From Mobula hypostoma (Eukaryota), in assembly GCF_963921235.1 (NCBI RefSeq), contig NC_086097.1, positions 112,656,001 to 112,720,000 on the forward strand: a DNA stretch of 64,000 nt. The letters run 5' to 3'. Positions 26,115-39,728 of this stretch are shown piece after piece. The notes under the pieces were generated by a model. The model did not search any database and was not told the origin of the DNA. It worked only from the letters and a program-made list of their open reading frames with translations. Both the position numbers and the translations under genes were made by a program. The first letter of the stretch is position 1. Each line of letters begins with the position of its first letter.

Positions 26115-27179
26115 AAGATATTTTGTGTCTATGAGAAAGAGAGAGAGAGAAAAAAAAAAGATGGGTTACGCTTCCAAAATGTTAGTATTCACTTGGCACT
26201 GCACATGAATGTCAGCCTCACGAGTGATCAGACTGTACAAACATCTAATTCCTGAGTAGGATTGTTATCAATTGGGTGGGCAAGATACAAAGAGGCAATC
26301 AGCAAACAGCACATAATAGAATGTGGACAGGTGGGCAAGGTCAAAGAACATAGATTAATTCAAAGTGAGAAATCAAAGTATTTCAAGAATGACCTTTGAT
26401 TTTTTTACATCTCATTGTAACTGAAGGGTAAATAAGCCTATGAATCTTTGGCTGACCCATCTTTGTTGTATGTGAGTAGTACTAGAATGGTCTTTAACTG
26501 AATAAAATATTGCTCTGCTTGAAAGATGGTAAAACTGCACCAAATTAAAAGAGTCCAAATGCCTTTATGCAAATTAGAAAAGCATTCATCATCTAATTTT
26601 GAGTATACATATTGTCACCTGTTTCTGGAGGAGGGATAATTATATGTTTGTAGCTCTCCTATGTGGTAATGGAATGTTAAGGCCAAGTGTAGCCTGGAGA
26701 CGAAGCATTTCTGAAGGAAATGGACAAGGACACACAAACCAGAGCTCAGCTGCTGTCTTACAGGTCGTGTTATCTCATTGATTTGATAATATTCAGCAGA
26801 CAGACAGAGCTTCCATACAGGACAAGTGGAGGAAATAAGGGACAGAACTAAGTTGTCTTTTTTTGTTATTGTGGGATTACTCTGGAAATATCTTAATTTT
26901 CATTTCTTTGACGTTGTGTTATCTTTCAACTTTTTTTTCTTGCCATTACAAAAATTTGCTATAACAGAAATAGATAAAGGGTACTGAAAGTCAAGAGCAT
27001 TTTCTTCTCTTTTTTTCTTCCACATCTGTGGTAAAACAAAAGATACCCCAGCATTTTACTCATTGTAACTGTTTTTTGTGTATTGATTAATTCATTCAGT
27101 ATTCTAAAATTTGCTTGAGTAACAATTTCATTCCATTACTTTTTTAAATTTATCTGTTGCTTACATCTATATGCTCGGT

Positions 27180-27790
27180 CCGTAAATATCTGGGATGATA
27201 ATGTCCTTCTTAAAGCAGGCGGGAACCTGAGACTGAATTAGGGAGAGGTCAAAAATATCTGCAAATTTGCCCACCAGATGATTTGTGCAATACTTAAAGA
27301 GACGGCTCGGTTACCATGCAGGCAGTACGCTTTCCACAGCTTCGCTCTCCAGAGGACTGAGCTCCTTTCTCAAACAGTGACTGTAGGCTCTGGTGCACTA
27401 GTACTGTCAGGGTGTTTGGTGATATTCCAATCCTTTTCTCTTCCAAATAAGCATTAGTCTCATCGGGAAAGGATGTGCTGTTGTTGTGATGCTGCCTCTC
27501 TTCGTTTTGTAGCCTGTTGTGGCATGTAAGCTCTGCCAGAGCTGGGGGCTGGTCTGACACTCAATTTTGGACTGGAATTGTTTCTTGGCATCTCTGAAAG
27601 CCTTACAGAGCTCCTTCCTCAATCTCTCATCAAACTTCTTGTAAAACATGATTTGAATGTGCAGTCCTGAACTTCAGAAGGGAATGAGTTTCCCAGTTTA
27701 TCCAGGGTGTCCAGGTTGGGAACACCAGAAGTGATCTCTTTGGTACCCAATCTTCAACATGCTTGCTGATAAAGTTTAGGCTGTAGCGCA
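27180..27790 (-). mobile_element. Old Rex-type ORF fragment upstream of RT
   Basis: ELCKAFRDAKKQFQSKIE...QLWQSLHATTGYK. Confidence 0.65.
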
Positions 27791-27801
27791 GTGTAGTGTA
27801 G

Positions 27802-28055
27802 GGGCAGCATGGTAGATAGCAGTTAGCGTGATGATCTTACAGCACTAGTGCCGCAGTTTCAGTTCTGCTGCTGTCTGTAAGCAGTTTGTACATTCTCCCT
27901 GTAACTGCATGCTTTTCCTCCAGGTGCTCTGGTTTCCTCCCACTGTCCAAAGGCATACCGGTTGTTAGGGTGGATGGTCTGGTCACATGGGTGTAATTTG
28001 GCAGCATGGGCTTATTGGGCAGAAAGGCCCGTTACTATGCTGTATCTCTAAATAC
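27802..28055 (+). mobile_element. V-SINE with CR1-like tail (HE1-like)
   Basis: tRNA-like head, V-domain ttctccctgtaactgcatgcttttcctccaggtgctctggtttcctccca, and tail gggcagaaaggcccgttactatgctgtatctcta. Confidence 0.75.
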
Positions 28056-29104
28056 AAAATCTACTGTAATGGACTAAGGATCAGTTAAAAGTGAGATTTA
28101 ACTTTTAAATTTCTGGAGGCTATGAAGATATGAGTTGCTACAGAGATTAGTGCCAATATCATAGCTGTTTGGGGGATCATGTGTAAATGTTCAAAGCAAA
28201 GCTGGCTAGCAGTGAGTACTGTGAGTAGAATGTAGAGAGGTTTCAGAAAGACACAATCAGGTTAAGGTTAATGGACAAGGACCTGGCAGATGGGCCATAT
28301 AGGGTCATTCACATGGGACAGAAAAATATAAAGAATGGAGCACTTTGTAAATATAAGAGATCAAAGGATATTCCTGGACACAAATCAGGAGGAGGTGGTG
28401 GAGACAGGCAATCTTATCACAATTACATGAACACTTGAAATGCCATGGTATAGAAAGCTTGAACAGGGTGGGTCAAACAGTTTTACATTTATTTTATAAT
28501 TGTATGGATGTTACACTGTAGGTGCTGTACATTAGGAAGGCAACTCGTATACTATTCTTAATACAAGAGGATTTGAGTACAGGAATAGACCATCTTTCTA
28601 AAATTTATGTAGGGCCCTTCCCCTGAAATATTTTGTGCAGTCCCAGATCTTCCATCAAAACAATGAGATACTTGTAGTGGAGGCAATTTAGTAAAAATTC
28701 ATCCCATTACTATAGGCCTAGGGAAGGTGAGTTTGTCATAAGAGAAGGGATTGAGCTGACAAAGCATATCCATTGGAACATTATTAGCAGGCAGGATGTT
28801 CCCAGAAATGAGTATCCTAGAGAAGTCAGTGCAGGGAAGGGTCAACTTAACAGGAGATATTGGAAAGTGCATTACTGACAGCACTGAAGTGGCAGGAACC
28901 TATGTGAGTGCTCCAGAATTCACCAGTCCTCCTGCAGCAACGAATGGCTAAAGTGACCTCATCGTCTCATGGCTCACTGTTGCATGAGCCATCATAGTGA
29001 ACTGTAATGTCTAGACATGTGGGCTGATTTTGGACAGGCTGAATGATGAAATGCAGGGCTCAGGGCTACGTAGTGGCTGGCATGGTGAGAGCATGAAATT
29101 GCTG

Positions 29105-29865
29105 CAGATTAGCAAAGAGCTGATTATTGATTACTGGAAGAGGAAACTGGAGGTCCATGAGCTAGTCTTCATTAGGGAATCAGAGGTGGAGAGAGTCAGC
29201 AACTTGAAATTTCTTGGTGTTATCATTTCAGAGGATCTGTCCTGGTTTCAGCACCGAAGAACCATTACAGAGAAGACACAACAGCGCCTTTGCTGTTTTA
29301 GAGGTGTGCAAGATCTGGCATGTTATCTAAAACCTTGAAAAACTTCTACAGATGAGCAGTAGAGAGTATACTAACTGGTTACATCATGGCCAGGTATGCA
29401 AATGCCCTTGAACAGAAAAACCTACAAAAAATGGTGGATATGACGCAGTCCATCACAGTTAAAGCTCTCCCCACCACTGGGCACATTTACAAACATCATT
29501 GTTATGGGAAAGCAGCATTGATCATTAAAAACCCCCACCTTCCATACCATGATCTCTTTACAGAAGCCTCAAGTCCCACAACACCATATTCAGGAACAGA
29601 TATTATCCCTCAACTATCGTGAACCAAAGAGCATAGCTCCATTTACAACACTGAACTGATTCCACAACCTATGGACTCTATAACTCAAGTTCTCGATGCT
29701 TATTCCCTATTTTGTATTATTATTATTGTTTTTCTTTTTTCTTTGTATTTGCACAGTTTGTTGTTTTTTGTACATTGGCTATTTGACTGTCCCTGTCGTG
29801 TGCCATTTTTCATCGATTCTATTGTGTCTCTTTGTACTTACTGTGAATACCCAAAAGAATATGCA
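29105..29865 (+). mobile_element. Rex1/Babar 3' fragment with UTR
   Basis: SKELIIDY..SEVERVSNLKFLGVIISEDLSW. Confidence 0.8.
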
Positions 29866-32800
29866 TCTCTTAGTTCCAAAGCCAGGTGGAACTGCTTCCA
29901 CTGACAGGAGAAGGGTCAAAGGCTGGTAACTAGCATCTGAAAACCAGTTGCTTCAGACAGATAGACTCATTAACCATGGTTGGTAGCTCATCTGGAAGGA
30001 AAACACTGATGTTAAACCTCCACTGCCTTGCAGCTCTACCCTCTCATGGGAAGGCTTCAGGAGTAGCCCCAAGGAAAAATCCAGTGCTGGAGTTCCTAAG
30101 ACAGTCCTACATTAAGTTCAATGCTGACTAGCAACTCCTGCAAAGCCACTGGTCCAAACTGTATTAGTCTCTGCCATTCCTTTGAATTCATTAGCTGCAT
30201 GGAGTGGGGGAGCCTGCTGCATGGGCAACAACTTGCTTTCCATATAGTACCGCCTGGCTCACATGGATGGCTAGGGCACAATATCTATGGTCAATCCCAA
30301 CCAACAAAGGGCCCCAGTATGTACTTTGCAAATAATTTACTATGAACTTTGAAATAAAACTAATCTTTGAGATCTTTATCTTCCATTGGATAGAGTGGAA
30401 GTTGTTGCCTCCTCTTCTTTAGTCTGATTGTGCAGCCCTCCCTAACGCAGAGATTTCTCCACAAGAGCGAGCACAACAGTCACTTCCGCAACAGGAGATG
30501 ACAAGGGAGATTACAGAGGCTAGGCTGTGTGGTTACACATGGAGAAGCTGCCATTAATTATTGAGCCTGTGACTGTAGAGAAATCTCCAGGTTGGGGAAA
30601 ATTGTAAGCCAAACAAAACAGTTTGGAGCACAGAGCAGTGTACCAGAGAATGCCCTGGAGGGTAAAAGAACGAAAGGGGATCTCCTTGCAATTGTTCTCA
30701 GAGATGCGGGGATGATATTTCCCCAGGATGTGGTGCCCAGAGCCAATAGTCACCATTTAAAAATGAGGAACAGGTGGTCAGGACAGAGATTAAAAGAGAT
30801 TTCTTCACCCAGGGGTTGGTGAATTATTCAAATTCAAATCAAAGATCAATTAATACTCAAATATTAAGGAAATATGGTTTGTGAGGAATATGGTTAGTGC
30901 AGGAAGGACTGGCCATGATCTTATTGAACAACAGGCATGGGCAATTGAATAACCTACTCATCCTCATATTTCTTAATTTCCTGTGCTTTAAGAAAAGCAG
31001 GTATATTATTCAAGGTGCTAACAGCATATTAGTTCACCAGGTGAGAATAGAGGCATGATCCAGCTCAGCTTTATAACAGCCACTTCAGCAAGTTACAGGA
31101 TCGGATCGGGAGACGGCAGAAACATCTCCAGTACAGGTGCAATTTGGAATGATGGGGAAGAGAAAATGATCGACAGGGGTAAGATTGATATTGTACTGAA
31201 GTGGAATAAAAAGTGTAGTTTCAATATGCTACTGCAGTTATACATTGATAGCATTGTTGTGTTAGCAGTCAAGCTTTCCCAGACACAAGGGATTCTGGAA
31301 ACATGTACAAAATACTGGAGGAAATCAGCAGGTCAGGGAGCATCATTGGAGGGAAATAAGCACATTCAAAGTACGTTTATTATCAAAGTATATATGTAGT
31401 ATACAACCCTGAGATTTGTCTTCCCACAGAGCAGTCACAAAACAAAGAAAATCATGGAACCTGCTCAGATAATAAACATCAACGCTCTCTCCTGCCGCCA
31501 CGTGCAAAATAAAACATAAATCACACAAATGGCAACAAAAAACTGAGTGAAAAATACAGAATATAAAACCCAACTCCAAATGCGTTCAGGCATATTCAGC
31601 TCAGCTCAATATTCCTTATCTGCATGCCGCCCCAATTCAAAGGCGATCAAAACAGCAGCAAAAAAAAAAAGGAGTGATCAGAAGCACATTGTAACGTGAA
31701 CAACAGAGTCCAATCCACAAGCCATACTGATTAAACCTCGCACTGCATTGATTAAACCTTGATGAAGTTTTAGGACAAGACATGTTGATGAAGGGTCTCA
31801 GCCCAAAACATGGATGGCATATTTCCCTCCAATGATGCTGCCTGACCTACATTTTGTATCCAGTTTTCCTAGACTGTTGCTGGAATTCATCATACCTCCA
31901 AAATGACAACATGGTTTCCTTGTTGATAATTCAAATTCTAATGCAAAAATACAGAAAACTTTGTAAGATACTAACATTGCTTTTTTATCCTCTAGTGAAA
32001 TCTTCTCTGTTCAAAGACATCTACATATCACTTCAATATTCATGAAATATCCAAATGTACAACTAATATGGCAGATGAAATAAGGCAACAGCATTATAAC
32101 TTGTTGTTCTAATGCAATGATATCAATTCCACTTCACTGCAAAGCACCTTAAAACAATTCTACACAGTGTCACTAAAGTACACTTAACACTCTGGGTCAA
32201 CTTTTAGGAGCAAGCATTCATCAACTGTTTCTTCTCAGTGATGCTGTAGAGACTTCATTTTTGCTTTGCTCAGTTACCTACTCTCTGAGGACACTTCTTT
32301 TGGTGCACCTGCTCATTAATGCAAACATCTAATCAGCCAATCACGTGGCAGCAACTCAATGCATAAAAACATGCAGACATGGTCAAAAGGTTGAGTTATT
32401 CTTCAGACCCAACAACAGAAGACTATGAAAATATATTTCGTACTTTATTTGGTACAGGAAATATCTAATAAGGTGGTCACTGAGTGTAAATGGTGGTTTA
32501 GAAATTCTTTCTCCAGCCCATATAATTGAATTAAAAATCGGTTCATGTTTCTGACTGCACATTAATCACCAGATTGGAGAGGCTTGTGAATCCTTGAGAT
32601 CCTCAGAGTGATACTATCTGCAGTTTGGCTATTCGGTACTTTGCTTTTGTTAGGGTCACCTCTGGTGGTAAAATCAAGACAGAGGCTCCAGACATAGAGC
32701 AATTGAACCAAGACCTAAGCAGCAGAGGTGGTGGAAGATGAAGACATAATCACGACAGCAGTGAAAGTGGAGGAAGCAGTGAATGGTTGCCAGTCGTCTT

Positions 32801-34649
32801 GTACGCTATGCCATTGGACCCGACCCCCGATCTGTCAGGGACCCTGTGGTGGCTGCTCATGCATCAGCCTCCTCACATCAAACAAAGTCACACACAGGCA
32901 CTCTCCATGAAGGGAATCCACCCCAAAATCCCGGATGACAACCCCTTCAGAGAGCATCATACGGGACTCAAGTGATCACATACTGTACACTTTAGGAAGT
33001 TAAAGTTGTGGTGCTACCAGAGCAGGGTGAGGAATGGGACTGCCCAAATGGCTGCACAGAGAACCAGCATGTACTCGATAGGTTAAATGACCTCCAGAGG
33101 CATTGTTACGACTTCCAAAGTCAAAGTAAATTTATTATGAAAGTACGTACAGTTTACTACCTTGAGATTCATTTTCTTGCTAGCACATAAGAAGATAAAG
33201 AAATACAACAGAACTTATGAAAAACTATACATAAGTAGGGAGTGACAAACATCCTTTCTGAAAAACAAATCACTTCTCACTTCTCTGTATTACAATCCAT
33301 CCACCACTTCTCTGCTAGTTCTGAAAGCGTCCATTTTCAGTCAATTGGTTTCACCCTCGTTGTTTGCTTCACCTCCTTGGCAATTTTGAACTTTTACTCT
33401 GTACTCTAATATTCAAGTCATTTATATTTCAAAAAATGTAGTGGCCATGAAGTTCTATGGCAGAGAAACAGGTCCTTTGGCTCACTACATCCTAAATTCT
33501 TTAGTATTTTCTCTTATTTCCAATCAATTCCCCTCAGATTTTACCTCTCACACAAGGGGCAATTTCCATTCGCCAAGATGTCTACCAAACCAGATGTCTT
33601 TGGAATATGGGAGGAAAGCAAAGGGCCTGGTGGAAGCCCACACAATCATGAACACACACCACATGGACAACATCTGGATTGAACATGGGCCACTGGATCT
33701 TTCAATGGAGAGTGAGAGCCTGTCAGTCATCGAGATAGGGGGCTTGGACAAGCGACGCACAAGATTGCAACAATAGAACAGTGAGTTGCTGGTCCCCACT
33801 CTTGTAACTGCAAGAGTAACCTCTCTCTCCCTCACTGGGGGAGAGAGCCTGTCTGAGATACTGAAATGCTGGCTTGTGGACTGCAATTTTGATGACTCTG
33901 AATCAAGGACTCTTTGGGGCTTCTGCTGTTGCTTGCAGGGTGGGGGAGGGTAGCTACTTCTGCATGGTGGGGGAGCGTTGCTTTTGCTGTTGCTTGTGAA
34001 AAAGGAGGGAAGGGGCTCAGGGCTTCAATGCTCTATCATTCATTCTATGAGATTTTCTGTTCCATGGATGTTTGTGAAGAGTACAAATTTCAGGTTGTAC
34101 ACCATATACATGCTCTGATATTAAATTAACCTTTGAACCTTTGAGCATTTTTGAACTATTGGTACTGTAAGATTGCTGCTCCACCATTGTACCCCTGAGC
34201 CTTGGAAAACATCACCGTCTATTATACTTCAGCTTGAGAAACAATCATTTTTATCGAGATTCTGTACTTTCTTTGTTTGAGTACAGTTTTTAATCCATGT
34301 TAACATTTACTCTCCTACTCTTACAATATCAATCCATTAACCCTCTTCTTATGTGGTACTTAGTCCAATGATTTGTTAAAATCCATATTAACAAATTAAA
34401 GATCATTGCATGAACCATTAGTAATTTCTCCCTTCAAGGATGTTTCCCAGTCTACCAAGTATTTCTAGCATTTTCTGTTTCTGTAGTTAAGCCTCCCTGT
34501 TACCTCATCAATAAAATCACCTTAGTCGTTTAAGCAAAATCTTATTTTAACAAATCCATACTAGATCTCCTTAATTAACATTTTTGCCAGAATCACATTT
34601 CTTTTCCTCTCCTGAATAATGTTTCTAGAGTTCCAGCTGTCTTTGATGT

Positions 34650-34785
34650 GTCCTGAAGAAGGGCCTCGGCCTGAAACGTTGACTGTTTATCCACTTCCAT
34701 AGATGCTGCCTGACCTGCTGAGGTTCTTCAGCATTTTTCAGGTGTTGCTTTGGATTTTAAGCATTTGCACACTTTCTCATGTTTC
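34650..34785 (+). mobile_element. PLE pLTR 3' tip beginning at the hammerhead (34650-34683)
   Basis: gtc-CTGAAGA-agg(gcctcgg)cct-GAAAC-GTT-gac, then tagatgctgcctgacctgctgag. Confidence 0.8.
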
Positions 34786-35305
34786 TAGTTACTAGGAATG
34801 CCCTTAGAAACTCATTGAACAGGAGTGTCACATTTGCAACATCTTAATCTTCCTATCTCTCCTTTAACCTTGGGAAGATTAGAAGATTACAACAATTCTC
34901 ACAATTTCTTCACTCCAACACCCATAGCATCCTGGGATGGAAGCCATGATGAATAGTTGACCCGTTTGTCCCATACTTGGAGGACCTTTTCAGGACTTGC
35001 TACAAACCTATCTTCACTACTTACATTGACTTAAATGCCACTGTCACAACTGATATTTTACCAGGACACACTTTCTTAATAAATACTTCAAAACAATGTT
35101 TATTAAGTATGTCGCTTTGATGTCGGTATATATTACGTTGTCCCCCAAAAGTCCCATTCTACTAGACACCACTCAGATGCTATAAAAAGATTTTTTGGGG
35201 TTCCTTTAATGTTAACTGCTATTTTAATCTAATATTCTCTTTTTATCAATGATAACTCCCTCTTGACACCTCTCCTCTATGTATAATCTGCAATATTTTA
35301 TTTAT

Positions 35306-35684
35306 ATTCAGTGGCCACTTTATTAGGTACACATGTACACCTGCTCTTTAATGCAAATATCTAATCAGCCAATTATGTAGCAGCAACTCAATGTATAAAA
35401 TCATGGAGACATGTTCAAGAGGTTGACTTGTTGCTCATACCAGACATCAGAATGGGGAAGAAATGTGTTGTAAGCGATTTTGACCGTGGAATGATATTTG
35501 GTGCCAGATACGATGGGTTTGAGGATCTCAGAAACTGCTGACCTCCTAGAACAGTCTCTTGAGTTTACAGAGTATTGGGCAAAAAGCAAAAAAAATCCAG
35601 TAAGCAGCAGTTCTGTGGGCAAAAACATTTTGTTAATGAAAGAGGGCAGGGAAGAATGGCTAGACTGGTTCAACCAGAAAGGAA
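35306..35684 (+). mobile_element. Tc1-like element, left part
   Basis: Left TIR cagtggccactttattaggtacac and transposase relic (GLRISETADLL; SSKQQFCGQKHFVNERGQGRMARLVQ). Confidence 0.88.
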
Positions 35685-35721
35685 GTACATCATGAACTGC
35701 AGCCCAACAGAGGGCAAACAG

Positions 35722-36282
35722 GTGTTGGTGCCAACTGCTGTGCCTCTGGTTGCAAACCGTATTGGAACAAGGAAGGTCTATACTACTCAGCGGAATTGTG
35801 AAAGTGATGAAAGCAGTGGTCCAGCTACAATAGTTTTTGTAGGCAACCGATCTGAGAAAGCTTCTGATATGTTAATCAGGCAGTTACTTGTGAAACGTGG
35901 CTTGGTTTTAAGCTGGAAGAGTGTTCAAGGAGCTTGAGGAAAGTTGCAAGCACACAGCTTTTGTAAGTACAAAGAACCAGGATCTACTCTGCCTGCATTA
36001 AGGTTATTGCATGAACTTCAAGTGGCAGACAAAAAGTTGCTTGTAAAAGTACATACAAAGGTGAAAGCCCAGCTGGATGAATGGAAGGCCAAAAAGAAAG
36101 GAGTCAATTAAGATATGAAAACAGAGGATTTGTCAGATGATGTTGTGGATGTGAAAACCAAGAGGAGAGATCAGATTGTGAAGGGAGCAGTAGAAGGATT
36201 AATAAGAGAATACTCCAGTGAACTAAATGCACCTTCCCAAGATCAAGATGCTCAAACTAGAAGAAGAAACAGGAAGGAGAAG
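35722..36282 (+). pseudogene. RBM25: Processed (intronless) RBM25 fragment: RRM and flanks
   Basis: One frame reads VLVPT..GPATIVFVGNRSEKASDMLIRQLLVKRGLVLSWKSVQGA*GKLQAHSFCKYKEPGSTLPALRLLHELQVADKKLLVKVHTKVKAQLDEWKAKKK..TKRRDQIVKGAVEGLIREYSSELNAPSQ, matching vertebrate RBM25 as recalled. Stops at 35935-35937 and 36109-36111. Confidence 0.93.
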
Positions 36283-36848
36283 ATAGTTGTCCAAAGCTCT
36301 CAGAACCACTTCCTTTAGTCTCAAAGTCAACTCCTACAACCACCACGGAAGAGGACCTGAGATTGTTTACACATCCACAAGCCTCACCTATCAAGCAGAG
36401 TGATTCCCCCTTGTCAGGAAAGAAACTATCTCACCAGAGTATGAAACCCTCCAGAGCGACTAAATCTTTAGGTTTGAATGGGATGATTTTAAATTTACTA
36501 TGCTGTAGATGACTGTACAGTAGTTGTATTCTATAACATACTGTGTATATAGTTGAGATGCATTCTCTATTGAATTAGAGTTTATAGCTAAGCATAGAGA
36601 AGTGTTGTGTATTTAATATTATAGCAATATTTGAGTAATATTGTAAATATATTGTTTGATTAAGCATTCTTGTTTATTTAAATAACTCCTTATGCATTAC
36701 ACATATAAATACGTGAATTGCATGTCATGACACTACTACATGATACGTGTGCACCTCACTTAAAGTAAACTCGAAGTAAGACAGCATCTCTCGGCTGTCT
36801 TGTTTTCCTTGGAATTAGTTTAATGTTTCGAAGTTACAAAACATAATA
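36283..36848 (+). mobile_element. Gypsy-type 3' end: integrase tail, purine tract and LTR (about 36603-36848)
   Basis: ERNYLTRV*NPPERLNL* resembles the R.YP.R.R.PP.RL end of Gypsy pol. Purine run agagaag precedes TGTTGTG...cataata (degenerate inverted ends). Confidence 0.65.
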
Positions 36849-39194
36849 GAAATCATGAAAGTAATCTGCACCTAGTCTTGGCAGCAAAAGTTGTTCTTCA
36901 GCTACCCAGCCCGATGTAGGCTGCACATTAACTCACTTATACAGCAAATACATGCATGATCTATAAAGAATGTAGGCCTCTCATGTAGAAGTAGCCCCTC
37001 AGAAAGCAGAATATGGCTCTTAGTGTGCAATATGACTGAGAACATGCTGTCTGTTATATGGACGCTTTGCAACTGGGTTTCCTTACTGAAGGGCTGTAAT
37101 GGTGGACCTGCAGGAAGCAGCTTGCAATACCACACTCTGGCACCATCTTGCGGAAAAATGTGGGTCACCTTTGGACCTTTAATCAATAGATCTTGACCTG
37201 ATTGTGTCCCTGGCCAGCCAATGACAAGCTTCAATCTCACAGTCATCAACCACTTCCTTCCTTTACGCTTACTTAATCCTGAGAGTGTTGATCATTAGCC
37301 ACCCCCACCACCTTGTTGTTGACTGAAGTGCATCATCTGTTTAAGGTGCCATTTCTAAGTCCCCATCTCTGTTGTGGTCTCCACACCTAACATTCAATTG
37401 AATGCATATTACTTGCACATGGAATTTATCAAAAGGTCAGATGGGAAATCATGGAATGTGGAATTGGTAATTAGTCCATTAAGCTTTCAATATACCCCAC
37501 ACTTCCTGAAAGCCAATTCTTTAGAATCTTTTTTGATTCCTGGAGGTACAGTAGGAAGGTAAACACATATAAAATTATCTTCATTGGTCTGTTTTTCTAC
37601 AAAGGCTTCCTACTGTCCAAAGTCAACAGCCTCTTCATTAAGTGCTCAGCCTAGCATCACAGAGCCAATGATATCCTCAGCCACTAATGCTATAAACCTA
37701 TTCATTGGACAATTTTCTGAAGTAATTATAAAACGTAACTGGCCAGCTTAAAGTTTTGTCTGAAACATTACCCCTCCTTGAAAACATATCTGCTCTAACC
37801 TTCAGTTTTGATTTGAGTTTGGCTGTGTCTTCATTCTCTGCATTGATGTTCTAATAAAAATGATTTGCCTAGATCCTTACTACAAGATAATATCGACATC
37901 TTCAAAGAAATGAATCAAATCTTGACTCATTTGCCTAGAAATTGGATCACGTAGTACCATCTGTAAGTACAAACCAACTGAATATCAATGGTTTTCTGAG
38001 CAATCTCCATGAATGGCGCAGTTCACAAAATTCAGCCCAGTGTTTCTGATTGCAATGTGCTCTAGTGCATATATGATATTTGGCATCTATGAGAGACAGT
38101 CGTTTTGAGCAATGGCAACTGAAATGGCTTCAAGTTTTCCTGTGTTAGCAAAACCGTTGGTTGCTCACTGGAAGTATGTATATTTGCAAAGTGTTCTTTC
38201 GCATTTATCCCTAACATACTTGACTTCTATTTCACCATTGTTCTGCATGCAATCCAGAGAATTCCCAGGTGATTGAGGAAACTGAGAGCTCACACAAGGA
38301 CTTTGGGTGAAATGTGTTGCCTTTCTCCATAATACCTCTTTATCGCTGATGCTTCAGTAAATGTTACGATGAAGAAGAACAAAAATCTTTGGGATCAAAG
38401 GCAGATATAGTATCAGGGCTTATTTCCAACAATTTTATCTCTCATGAACTTTAAGGACTAACATTCCTGTTTCCAGTCTCCTACAGACTGTTTCGTTAGT
38501 CAACAATCGCATGTTAATCTTACAGTGCCCCACACTTCTACCTGGATTGCTTCCCATAAAGAGGTCAAAGCCTATTTGAATAAAGATGAATAATTACAGG
38601 CAGCAGTTTTGTTCTATGCCAGCTTTTCCAGTTTACTCCTAGAGCAGAGATCATCAGGTTGAACGAGGTGGCAAATTTTGATTGCAGGCTCTGAGATCCC
38701 CTCAGAATTAATAACTCTAAATAAAATAATTTCTTAAAACTGTAAATGAGACTCAGATTTGTTTATTTTGCGTTAATAAACATCACATTATGATGTACTG
38801 GGGGCAGCCTGCAAGTGTTGCCACACATTCTGGTCAGCAGAACAACAACAGCAAAATAAGCCCCTTTTCTCCCTCCCATCCACTCACAGTCCTCCAATTC
38901 CAGAACAAGCCAGGCCTCCAACCTCCTTTGGGCCTTGACTTCTAGACTTGAAATCAAGCTTTGGGCTTTGATCTTCGGTAACGAAGCCAGAATCCAATCT
39001 TCAGGCCTTGAACTCTGGGTTTAATGCCTCACTGACATGCATATCTAGGGAGTCACTAGCCCTCGTACTTCAGCCCTGCACAGACCTCTGATTCACAGGA
39101 GCCGTTGAAGAAATTTTACACTGACTGCATTGTGTATTCAGGAAATGTGCAACTCTTTAATTCACTGGCATTTCTTGTTGCCTTCTCTACTACA

Positions 39195-39728
39195 GGGGTG
39201 TATGGGGTGTCTAGGGAGGGGTAGCACTTCTGATGGGGGGGGGCCTGCCGTTCCCTTTTCAGGGCAGCTCGTCCACCTTTGGTCCCCACCTGGCGCTCAG
39301 CTCTCACCTGTGGCTCCAAGTAGCTGTAGCACGCGCAGCGGCCACACCCCCGGTAAACTGTCTTGGCAGACGGGCCATACCAGGTGAGGGTAGCCGACAG
39401 GTCTTTGACCCTCGGTGAGGTGGGGGATCTGCCTGTCCCAGCGTGTGAAGTCTGGCCATTGAGGATTGAGCGGAAGAGACCAGTTAATAGTCCAACGGTC
39501 AAGAAGGCAGGTCAGCAGGTGTGGTGGAGCGCTAAGAGCACGACAAGGCACTTAGACATCCTGGTCATCTACTGCAAGAGGTGGTGATCTCTTTAAACAC
39601 ATCCGGCAGAAGGCAAAGGCAAACCACTGCTGTAACCTGCCACAAACACGATTTCCCAATATGTCAGAGCGGCGTGGAGGGAAATCGTCCGCCAACTGGA
39701 AATTCCAGATGTGACCTAATTCCAGATG
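39195..39728 (+). mobile_element. GC-rich non-coding retroposon, probably RTE-related
   Basis: 11-bp TSD tctctactaca (39184-39194/39729-39739). Contains ggcaaaccactgctgtaacctgcc, similar to RTE-associated elements. Strand inferred. Confidence 0.7.

Noticed and set aside
29870..30310. Possible RTE-like non-coding element (also 32650-32975)
   Set aside because: Looks repeat-derived, but I could not establish boundaries, TSD or family.
35722..36282. Functional RBM25 exon or gene
   Set aside because: Two in-frame stops, substitutions in the RRM, no introns, and embedded in transposon sequence.
36850..38750. Host exons in unique DNA (also 1-880, 20080-21180, 26150-27170)
   Set aside because: No recognisable protein similarity or convincing splice-bounded frame. 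Short exons cannot be excluded without RNA-seq.
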